Shown here: piece by piece, positions 14,201 to 26,000 of the stretch
Numbering within the stretch: position 1 is the stretch's first letter
Layout: each line of letters begins with the position of its first letter
Assembly: GCF_001949145.1 (NCBI RefSeq)
Contig: NW_019091355.1
Location: 1,635,107 to 1,699,106 of the forward strand
Reading direction: 5' to 3'
DNA: 64,000 nucleotides
Origin: Acanthaster planci
Lineage: Eukaryota
The notes under the pieces: generated by a model
Told to the model about the DNA's origin: nothing
Database searches by the model: none
What the model saw: only the letters and a program-made list of their open reading frames with translations
Made by a program: the position numbers and the translations under genes

Positions 14201-16011
14201 CAAATATGTGATAAACGACAATAAAAAAACCGAGGTCTTAATCCTAAAAACCATACCACTTTTGAAATTATCTCCAATTCAAACTTAATCAACAAAATGA
14301 GCAATTACCCGCATTTATTATTCAAAAACACGGCAAACGTGTATTGTGCAACGTGAAGTTGGCTGACCACCCACCTCACACGAGTACCTCTGTACTGGAG
14401 AATGTACGTTTTTCTAGCAATGAATGTTTGTAACCGAGGAAAAGGGTTTGGTGCAGGTTTCAAAACCGAATTTATTATCAAATGACACTGAATGTCAAAA
14501 TTGATATCAGCAGCTGGGACAAGGAAAAAAATTAATAAGTTGGGGGAACTGCGAGGGAATCTCATCCCGGAAATGATTAATATCATATGCTACATACACA
14601 CATCAGATTTCATTCAAGGTCTGAATAAAAATTAACATGACCACCGCCAAAAAAATCAGAACGTTTACAACAATGTCAATGATAATCTAAAACCAAATAA
14701 TAAAAATTAGGGTATACATTAAACAGATAACAATCGACGCAGAACCAATACTCTACCAGATACAATGTCTAGCACAAAGCAAGTTGCAAACCTTTTTCAA
14801 TGGGTCTGTCAAACTCCCAAGTCAGATTGACGCAGAAGTAAATTTGACCCCGGGATTTTTGTCGAGTGGAGTGCATTTATAAATTGTTGAACGTGCAGGT
14901 ATCAGAGGCAGCTTCAACATGGTATGAAATTGAATAGACAGTGCATAAATCCCCAAAGTAAGAATTGTAATACACGGACATATTACCGCAAATGTTATTC
15001 AAAACAGTTATTACAATGAATTGACAAAGCACAACCGTTCAGGTTAAACAGCTAACAGACAAACTACAATATCCGCTCTTTGGCCTCACGAGAAAAACAC
15101 GTTTCTGTAATGCATCATCCAAAGGTTTAGGCCTTGGTGCGATGGTGTGGTATGGACAAATGTAATCTCCAACCCTCAATAAACAAGAACGTAATTACCC
15201 AGGCCCAGCCGACTTGGCTGAACCCTGTGATAACTCTAATTATTAATTGAAAGAATAAACTGGGAGCTTGGTCTTTGGTTTAATCCACCCACACGTTAGA
15301 ACTGGAGGCATTCTCATGTTACAGGGCACCAGTTTCTTTTCCACCAAAATGTAATATAAAAACCATAGCATTAGCACCATACCTTACATGCAAAGTTCAA
15401 TGCACAATCTCAAATCGTAACCCTATTACGAAACGTCCACTGTCCATTTCAGCCAGTAGTATTTTGACCTCGCTAAAAATCCATGACAGACGAATTCGGA
15501 GTTGTCAGTGGGGCTCAAAACATTACTTGATAATGGACATGGACAATGAAAACGTTCCTTGGGATGTGCTAGTTGAAGTGATGTTTTCATTTTCTTATAT
15601 TATGATAGAGGAATCGTTCACATACATGTACTGCTGTTCGCTTCTTCTCCATACAAATAACACCAGCTTATGTAAAGAAGATTCTCAATCAATCGTTTTC
15701 AAAAAGTGCGTATTAAACTCTTAATGAAAAGTATATGTTTTGAAACAATTCCTCCCGTTAATTCAGTTTATGCCATTTTACATTTACGTATAAAGTACTG
15801 GTATGTAAATAATGTTAAAAAACGGTTTGTTTGCTTACCTGGTGGTATTCATCAAGGCACTACTAACATCAATTAGCAACCCAGCACTCTGCGACTTGTG
15901 TCCGGCATTTATGATTTTTCGTACCGTCATGGTGAATGATGCGACCTCCTTTCTGCTTATTATTTTATTTTGTTCATTTCTCCGGATTTTCCAAGTTCTA
16001 TTGTCCGCCAT
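2266..16011 (-). CDS. 17-exon gene: P-loop AAA+ helicase-like domain (DUF927/Cch- or SF3-like), acidic repeats and C-terminal PHD finger; about 815 codons with one in-frame TGA at codon 491 (possible recent pseudogene)
   Basis: Exons, all GT-AG and phase-compatible: 16011-15839, 13266-13099, 11464-11166, 10812-10723, 10316-10043, 9624-9351, 8574-8377, 7954-7654, 6329-6291, 5813-5736, 5127-5038, 4352-4263, 3561-3475, 3202-3142, 2981-2945, 2563-2501, 2391-2266 (2448 nt). Motifs: Walker A PIIIGDINTG|KTT split by an intron, Walker B PVIIDD, sensor-1-like VVSAN, Arg-finger-like TRAVIVPF. PHD finger: CGKC...KIKWICCCTCCQWFHQEC...FQCEHC-stop. The ATG at 16011 directly follows an acceptor, so the true start may lie upstream (17095-17049 is open in frame). 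Confidence 0.8.
12275..12455 (+). mobile_element. Degenerate tRNA-derived SINE, family B
   Basis: tRNA-like head gctcagcggtcgagtggttaag...gggtttggagtccc followed by body gagcatacagtg...gggtaagggcaaaac. Confidence 0.55.
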
Positions 16012-19000
16012 CTGAAATAGTTCTGTTTTGAAAAGAAAACTTTCATCAATTTCAAAAACTTGTAAAAGCAAGATTACAATGCCCGTAAGAGGAAGAAAGG
16101 CAAATAATTTAAGATCGGTGATGCTTGGCCTTAAAGCATGGTCTGTCACAAGAAACTGTTTCCGTATAGGTCTAATTCATTTCGTTCGGCTCTTTTAATG
16201 TACAAAGATGACGGGTATAGTTTTTGTATTACTTTGCTTACAAGTGCAAGGAAAACAAAATGGGAACAACAACTGATGGGGTCCGTCTACTGTACGCTCC
16301 TGCGCCACAACTGCTAAAAACGTTAGACGTCGATAATGAACAAAACATACAACAGCTACATCCATGTACAGACTATCACAAGTGTTTTTGGATATCAAAT
16401 CACGCACAAATCGCACAAATCACTATTCATTAAAATGTGATTTGAGATTGATAATGGATGTTGTAAGCCAAATTCAAATTCCAAGTTTAGTTTGAAAATT
16501 TTGTAAAAGTTTGATTTAATTGATCGAATTCCAGCATCTACCGGTTTCATTTCCGTAACCGCCCATGCGATGAACACTACAACGATTTCAGCCCCCCTAA
16601 TAAATATACACCATTCTGTTACACTCAAATTAATAGTTTCCTTATTATGATGCACCAGTGTAACTGCATTTTTTCAACAGGTACGTCACGAGTGTGGTCC
16701 GATGTCCGCTCCTTTCACACGTAAGTGAGAGCGGGCGGACGCCGGATAGATAGCACGGTTTGAATGGTATTGACAGCCACTTGTAGTTTGAATTATTGGT
16801 CTTCTTACCAACGACTTCTTGGAATGGTGATGAAGCATAAAGACTCCATAAACACGTGCGAAATATACACAGCCTCCTTTCAAAATTGAATTGTACCTGA
16901 GTTGGTAAAGCAGCTTGTAAATATTTCCCCACAAATCGTGTCAGTTGAAACATGGAGAAATGAAATTTTCCTTTCTCTGTGACCGAAATGTAGATGTTTC
17001 ATCTAAATTGTTAAGTGCATTTTCATGGTCAAACTTCTATGTACTTACCGTTGCGTGACATTTTCCTTCTGATACCGTCAATCTCTGTCGAATACCTGTA
17101 TCTTTCGGCAATATGTAAAGCTTCAGGGGGATACGATCATAAGAATTTAGAGTCAAGGCAGAATGCTTCCTAGACCAAAAGCAACTTCGAGGCGACTGTA
17201 AGAATAAACAATCACTTAATTAATGTTATCAGGTGCAGTACGATACATATTCATTACGTGGACGATGTGATAAACATTGCTGATGGTCAACCCGTACTCT
17301 GTCTGGATCGACTTATTCTTTAAGAAGACCCACGAAAACATATTAATACAGCTAAGACGGGTCATCGTGTGGGTGAAATCATTGTTTCGAAAGGTCGTTA
17401 AGAAAATCTGGGCCCACCTAGAAATGTGCTCCGTCGGGAATTGCATTTGCTAAAGGGGGTATCTTTCGATGTCGTATAACGTGTAGCTGAAAATGGAACT
17501 TCTTTTAATTAAAAAAGAGACGCGTGGGACTTAACAATGTACAACCAATTAACTTGCAGTGATTTCTCTCATTTTACATTTAGGCCAAATACAGGCTCGA
17601 GGCTAATGCCTTATGGTTTGCGGTGAAGTGTGATGCAACAATTCTTCTCCTGTTTGTGGATTCATAGCATCTGTTATTAGGAAAACAGAAAGAAACAACA
17701 GGCCCACATAAAAGAAATCAGAGAGATCAACCTGCAACGTACACGACATATTTCTGGCTTGTTTGTTCTCCTGAAAACAGATGCGATACAGTCTGTTGGA
17801 CTGCCGAAATTCTGTACATGGGTACAAAGTAGTAAGTAATATGGGCAAACACAATCATTGCAAGCGCCCTTCGCAACTCATCTATGAAAACACAATAAAT
17901 ACTACGCTACGTAATGTTCCATAAATGTACATTGGCAAGTGCAAATCTACCGCATCAGCGGTAAACAGTCAACTGTTTCTTGTAAACGCAGGCGTCGTAG
18001 ACCGACCGACCTTCGCATCTGCAAAATAAAACAATCTGTCCAAAAGCTACAAAGGTTCGTTTGATCAATTGGACTAAAAAATTGATCATTTGGGAGGTTT
18101 CAATGCGTAGGCCATACCGTCGACAAATGCAATAAAGGAGTTCATCTTGTGAACATCACATTTAATGCAGGTTTTTCCAGCGGATGTTATTTCTGTCACC
18201 AACATTCACATATGAGAATATTACGAAGAGGCTTGTCCCATCTCCTATTTACGTGAAAAAGTCGAATACGTTTTGAAACAGCAATTAGTGTGGGGTCCAT
18301 GCTGTTTCAGTGTTAGTGGCAGCTAGGGGTCCATGCCATGCAGCAGCCTTCTGCATAAAAAGCGCGTCAATTCATCACCTTAGCCACGATAGTGATGAAG
18401 GTCTTTTCTTGACATACCTCAGGGGTGTTTTCAGTTTGTATTGTGTAATTTGTAATTCTCCGTGTCAAGTGTTATGTTTGTTGTTTATGTCTTGATACAT
18501 TCCCCTTAGAAATGATATGAATGAGCGCTGGAGCCAAGCGTTGGGTAGCCGTTAAAACCGCTGTAACTCACACGTCCGTTAGGTTTATTTCAATAGTGTA
18601 GGAGAAACGCGTTTACGAATCATGCACGGATGTAAACACGTACATACACTACAGGCAAATGTTGATCATTTTAAAAACTAAAAAAGTAGAACAATCGAAT
18701 ATGCATCATTTTGAAGTCATAACACCTAGATGACTATATACAAAGGCTATAGAATCAGAATGTGACAAATCATGGAGGAATGTCTATTTCTTCCTCTATG
18801 GACAAATGCAATCCAGAGTGGAGGACTAGCCAAAAGCAACATGGTCTTCAGCGATGAGAATGGGTAATGAGAGCGCCCTCAATATCATGAAAAGAACTGT
18901 AACAATTTCATATGCATCCTGAGTACTAAAAGATGACGTTATTGATAAAAAAAACCACATTACCAAGTTGACGGCAAGGCTCTTACTCCCTATAAGGAAA

Positions 19001-22000
19001 CCAGCGACAACGATAACAATATGAAACTTGTTCAAAAGAGTTCTCAACGCTTTTCAATACCACCTTCTCGTACGTTTGCAAGTCCTCGGCAAGTGTGAAT
19101 AAATGGTGTACACAACGTCTTGGATTATAATTTACATCATTTTCCGAAAGAAAGGAATAACTATTACCGACATTGTGTGTTTGTTGACAAGAAGAACGAG
19201 TGTTTCCAGACTTCAGGCTGCGCTTAAAGCAATAGAAAATAGCTGCCACTTGTGTATGGGTAAAAGTCAATAGAGCTTGACTTGACCCCTCATCGCGCGC
19301 TTCCGCAACCCTTGGATAGGAATACTCACTTGCATTGATTTCACAAGTTTTGCTGTTTTTCTTTTTATTTAATTCCCAAAAAAATCCAACTCCGAAAAGG
19401 GAAACATCCTGCCGAAAATTGACCCATGCATCATTTCCAAAAATATAAAATTCACGAATAACAGTGGAATGCGGCAGTCTCGTACGCAGATGAACATTTA
19501 CAGTTTGAGATTTGATGGTAGTCGGGCGGTAAAAGCCGAACTATTTTACACAGTTTATAATTTATAAGTAATACACTTAAAGTGCACTTCATTTACGAAA
19601 GTTTTTTTTAATGTTACCTATGCTGAAAACTGCGTGATGCGGAATATGGAACCCATGGCCTGCAAGTAGGTAAATCTGACCAATGTTATACAATCTCATT
19701 TCACTAATATTAGCGTGAGAAATGAAAACAATAACGTACACGAACATTGTGAGACCGAGGTACGATATCGCCGGAAGTGAAAGGTGGTTATGAACTAAAC
19801 TTCGTTTTTAAGAATCCCATGTGATTTATCTTGTATATTGCTCGAGGGAGAAAAAGGTTAAAATTCCAACACGCGGTTTTCATGGGATGGTTTCAGAAAG
19901 GATTTATTTTTCCCAAATTATCAAAACGTGATAGGACGGCACAAGGTAAAATCGCCACAGGCAGACAGCGCAGGGTTCCAGAAGCTCGCAGCATGACCTT
20001 TTACTTTCAGTCTCTATAACGGGAAGGAAGCAGATGACGAGACAATGGCGGGGCAAGACGATATGCAAGTTTATATTTAAAGTTTATGCGTAAAGTATAA
20101 AGGTTAAGTTTATATGTAAAGTAAATTAATGGGTTCAATTTGAGTAAAAGCCAAGCGACAAGATATTTAACAATGCAAAATAAAATGAAATTAGATAGAT
20201 TACATTTGAATAAACACACACAAAAAACAAACAAACAAACAAACAAACAATGACCACATATCCTGGCCATTCGTCAAATGATATAACAGTTCTTTTAAGA
20301 TGGGCACTTGCACTGACATCTCATAGAAAAGAATTTGGTATGACATGATATCATACGGTTGAAGTAAAATCCAACACACGGATTTGGGTTCAAAATTTAT
20401 TCCAAAATAACTGCAGAAAAAGCGCCAGAGAAGGTTAATAACTACCCTTTACAATTTAAGGTAAAAGACGTAACAATTAAATGTGCCAGATTTGACGCTG
20501 GGGGATCAAATCAAGCAATAACAAAGACCAGAACATTAAATTTCCTGGGCGTGAAGAGAGTTTTCGTGATAAGAATTACTAACGAAAAATTATGGTGGTA
20601 CAAGAGGTTTTTTGTGGTTTTGAAAGTGATGGTGCGTAGCAAGCGCTGGCTGGGTGCTTTGTCAATGGACATTACAGGCATGCCAGAAAATGACGAGTGG
20701 CCAAATGTTACGGCCTTGGCGGTTCAAACTTCAAAACTGCGTCCTTCTCTGGATTGAGCATCCAGTTGGGGTCACTGTAATCTATCACATGTGACACTGT
20801 CGAGCACAAACGCAATGTTCTTAATATGAGGTATAATGAAATGTTATCAGTCAACAGATTTTCGACTAAGTCAAATGAAATGTTGCATCCAGCTTACCAC
20901 TTTTAAAGATTTTCTAAAACATGTCAAGTCCAAATGAACTAAGCAGTATACATACTTTATTTCACATTAACGAAAGCTATCACAATGAATACTAACAACC
21001 AAAAGCACCAAAAAACCCAGAAATCAAATACCATGGACAAAACTAGGGGACACATATTTCGTCTGTACACAAACGTCTACAGGAGTAAGTTTTATACACT
21101 GCGTTCGCATACAGAAAAGGTTAATTTGTATGTCGAACTATTGAAACATAAGTCCACACATGAATCATCTTTACTTGCGCCAAAAATTAACAAACATAAT
21201 AAATGATGAAAATAATCACACACTGTGCATGTTAAAACAAATACACATTGCCGCATGACTAGAAAACAACAGATATCAGTAGTAAAATTAAAATTCTACG
21301 CATACTGAGTGGTGCTTAATCAAATGTTCAACCCGATCCAGAAATGATTCATTTATACAAAAACCACTTCAGGCAAACACTACACATACAAAGTCATCTA
21401 CAAAATGTAATACAAAGGAATACAGGATACACGTACAGGATCGGGCAGCATGGATATACATGTAAACGAAAGTCAACATGGCAACCGTTGGTATCAATAA
21501 ACACTCCACGTCAACACCTAAACATCTAGCAAAAGCTGAGATGTAAGAAGTTCCCACACCTTTTGTATGCAGCACGCGTGCAACAATGCTGAAATCAAGG
21601 GCAAATATTTCCAGTAAAGAGCTAAATCAGCCAATGGCATGAAGTTTGAAATATCTAGGAAATACAACTGACCATACAAAAGTTTTGATTAGAAAGTGAT
21701 GCAGGCAGGTATTAAAATTAAATTTTATCGGATAACAATTGTGCCACTTAATATTACCACGTAACAGCAGTGCAGTAAATCGTTCCTTTCAATAACAACA
21801 CTTTGAAATGAAGGTCGAAAACGAGAGTTACGCAAACCAAATACTCGTATTTGTGGTGGAAGTTTCAAGAAAATCGGAAATTAAGCAATATATTCTTGTA
21901 AAGTAAGTTTCCCTAATTTATGTTACATTTGTTCTTTTGAGGTAAAAACAAAGTCAATCAACGACCAAGAACTCGAATCAAAGCGGCATGACCGAAATAC

Positions 22001-23097
22001 CCTGTTGACAAAAACCAGGCTTGTACAGTGTCAGGCCAGAGCTATAAATGTCATTTATCGGAAAACAGTGACAGCACAAAGGTCTAGATCAACCATCCCA
22101 AAAAAAAAAATTAAATAACTTTGACTATGCTTTTGGAAAATACATCTTTAGTTATCAGCACTCAAAGGGAGCACAACTGATTAACTGGAGCACTGTGCAA
22201 TTTACCCTTGGAACTAATTTTCCGAACAAACCTTCATGCAAGTTCAAGATGGAATCCCATCACCTAGCAGTATCCATGATATACATTTACCTTTGACAAT
22301 TGTTAATTCCCTGCAGATAGTCAATGTTCCTTCTGGTTTTCTCCATAAAATTATGCTGGATTTCAAGCTCAATTTTGGTCAGCTTTCAGGGGCAACACCA
22401 ACCCACTACCAACACTAACCAACACTAATAAAATGATTGGTAAGTCTGAACAAGTTATAAAAAAGTACAGGTTTCGTGTTTTTCAAGCAGCATGTTTGCT
22501 CAAAGACACACAATGTCACTTTCCAGTTTTGTTTGCACTTTAAAATTGCCAAATACCGTAGTTTGATTGGATTTGGCCCATTAATAAATAAATGATAACA
22601 GCAAGAATTAAAAGTGTATACATGCTGCAAGACAACTGCAAAATATTGGGTTGGGTTGAAAATTGCATCATTTTAAAAACACTCACTTATCAGTCGGCAA
22701 CCTTCTTTTACACGATTTAGTCTTGTCAATTTCAGTGAACAAAAGAGAGGCCAACATATACCTTAAATGTAAAAGGTAAAAGTGACGTAAAGAAGAAGCT
22801 GAAACACCACTGCATCGGGAACACCTTTTAAATCAAATGCCATTTTGATTACATTAGTCATGCTTGGTCAGAAATACTGAACCAGTGTTGTGAACAAGTA
22901 TGCAAAGCCACCACAGTATTACATTGTCAATATATACTTTCACCTGTTCCATGTACATAACAGGAGAAAGCTCGATTTTTAATTAATTGGAATATAACAC
23001 TTTCTGCATGTGAGCTCACTTTGTGGATAGAGGTTACATACAGTTACTTTTTACCACAATCCTAAATATTGAAAGTAGCATCAAGGACTGCTTCAAA

Positions 23098-26000
23098 CTA
23101 AGTAGTGCTGGTGCTCTTTACAACTGGAAGCAATGGGTCGTAACCGCTATTGTAACAATACTCAGTGTACTTGTTACGCCGAACCACCATTCTGTGCAAA
23201 TAAAACAAATGGTGTAATTTTGGCATGGCACACAATATTTTTTTATATCGTGACAGCCACACGAAAGTTTGCTCAGCACAAAGAGTATTGTCCGTCTCCA
23301 ACAGATGATCATCTGGGTTATACTTTGTTCTGCACAGCTTGTCGGTGTGGTTTCGTACATGTAACCTGTCTACACACTTGTGCAGATTCAACCACATGTG
23401 AGACCATGGCCACGCAAGTGGTAACGGTTTCCTAGCAACGTTCATGTTGTCCAAGTGGCACATATTATCGTACACTATGGACAAATTGGACCACGAAGTA
23501 AACGGCACCGTCCTCAAGAAAGGAAACAGCCAGGCTATGAGAATCAGGAAGACCTGTGAGGGTGACTCTGACCTGTAGACATACAATACATTTACAAAAA
23601 TACAAAGTAAAAAGGGGAGAATTATATGAAAATGCTTTTTTTTTGTTAATGAAATATGAAATCACGATATCGTTACATCTTGTTTACTTTCGGTGCCGAT
23701 TGAAATTGAAGAAAAAATCAAAGTAAATGGGAGCACAAATTATATGGACTCTTGGGCAGAAATTACAGATTTTGTCTGTATAAAACACAGCGCAAATGGC
23801 TTTTTATTTTTTTTGTAATTATTTCTGATTTAATACTTTACACATGTCAACATATTTTAAGATCATTACATGACAGTAATTTAAAATGACAACCTTTCCG
23901 CATCTAGCAATCTCCATAATTTTGCACACCATGGTTATTTACTTCAGAGGATAAAGTAGGTTAAACTCTGTCAAAGTTAATGACTTCAGGTCAAGGAACG
24001 AACTAAACGTTCACGACTGGCCTAGCAACAGTCCGGATCTCAACGCAATAAAAAATCTCAGAAAGGTTGAGAAAGAAAAGGTTGCAGAAAAACAGCCATC
24101 AAATACCAAGGCCTCAGTTTAAGCCATCAAACAGTCTGTTAGAAGGAAATAAGGGTGGACTACTGTCAGTCTCTCGTAACCAACATGCCATATAACATTC
24201 AGGAGGTAATCGCAGAAAATTGAGGGCACGTTAAACATTAGACTGTCCACACATATTGAGTTATTGACATGCGGTCAACAAGCAATTCAGGCAAGACAAA
24301 ATAATGAACATTTGAAATCGATGTCAATTCCAAACATTTATTTCAAAAAAGTTAGGTTTTTCCTCCGAGCTAATGCATTTTTTAATGGGCAGTCTTCAAC
24401 TGTTCATACTGTCTGGAATTCTTTTTACTTTAGCTGCACTTTTAAAAAAGGTGCACTAGATAACAGCTTAAAAAGAGGAGCATTATGAAGATTTAACAGA
24501 AAAGGATCAATGTCCAATGCCTATTTCAGATTAAATTTCAGAACATACTCACTTGTACAAAGTTTTCCAAAACTCAATATGGCCACCAGCACGAACAACA
24601 AATAAATGCCCCCTTGACCACTTCTGAAGTCGTTTCTTGCCTCCAACATCCTTCTTACAGGTCGATGGTATTTCTTCCACACATTCATTCAGCATGGTGG
24701 AAATGGAGTAGCTGTGTTCATTGAGGAAGGCTGTTGTTCCTATTGTCAATGTGGGTTGCGATAGTAAGAAGAGTAGTTCAGATCACAGGAATATAGGGTT
24801 ACATGAGGAGATGTTCAGACTCCTTTTGTATAGTGTGGTATTTTGAATGAATGACAATAATGTCTCCAACCTTGGTCTGTTTCATACTATCTATATGCAA
24901 AACAAGACATGGGATGTAGGGTAACCCCTACAAGTAACTAAAAATATTTTTCTCACATAAAGCCAATTGACGGGCAAAAGCAGCTCCAAAAATTGTCAAA
25001 GTCTATGGTAGCACATGCATATTCGAATGTGTATGCATGTTTCGATTGCCAATTGCATGTGCGTCACAAGAGTATGGAACTTAGACTCTGTTGATATCTA
25101 TTTAAGTTGTACCCCAAGTCACAATTCATATCAATGATAACAAGACAGACATTATAGACTATTGAGAATGAACACATGAACCTTGCCCTTTTTTCACATA
25201 ACACAAAATAATGAGATTCACATTGGATACTTTATGGAAAGCTTGGGTTTCGAAAGGTCAACCGTAATTTGTGGTTGTTTCACAGATAAACGAGAATTTT
25301 ATAATGTCTAGAATGTAATGTATGCTTGCATTTCCATACGTGTACATTTATCTAACAATATTCCAGGCACAGAATTTCTTTACATCTTTTCAACACAGTG
25401 GTTTGTTAAGGTAAAAACAACGCAATGTAGAATTTTTGGCAAGAATTATTCATTCATTTACAATATGATTGTACAGATTACGCATTGAAATTTCAAAGGA
25501 GACAATTCAGGTGTAGGCAGCAAGGGTAACTACTGAAAAATAAATGCCCCTGGTGCAGCATTTCTCACCTTGGGCATCCACTACAGATTCACCACAACAC
25601 GACACTGGCTGCAACTTGGACAGGACTCCACCAACTTTAGTGATTGTTTCTTCTGTTGAAAACAAGAACAAAAAATCAGCATAAATTTGCATATCATTCG
25701 GTAAATGTATCTTACACATTCAGATCAGTTTGTAATAATAACAAATATAATGGTTTAAAAATAAGGGAAAAAAAACTAAGAGGGTGGATGGCCTTAAGAT
25801 GTGCACAGGACAATGGGCACAAGTCACGTCAAACCAGGCTTACCCCATTCAAAGATTTATTCGCATTAGCACATGCCCTTTGAATCAAAACAGCTCAAAA
25901 TATGATGGAGTTCACTTAGAAATTTCAAGAATGTTATTGAACTACTCAAGCACTGAAACCCCTCGGCATAACTTGCAAACAGCAGCTTTTTGAAAATAGA

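Noticed and set aside
13760..18500. Scattered plus-strand exon-like segments (for example 16681-16720 and about 17991-18054)
   Set aside because: They could not be joined into an open frame with any recognisable homology.
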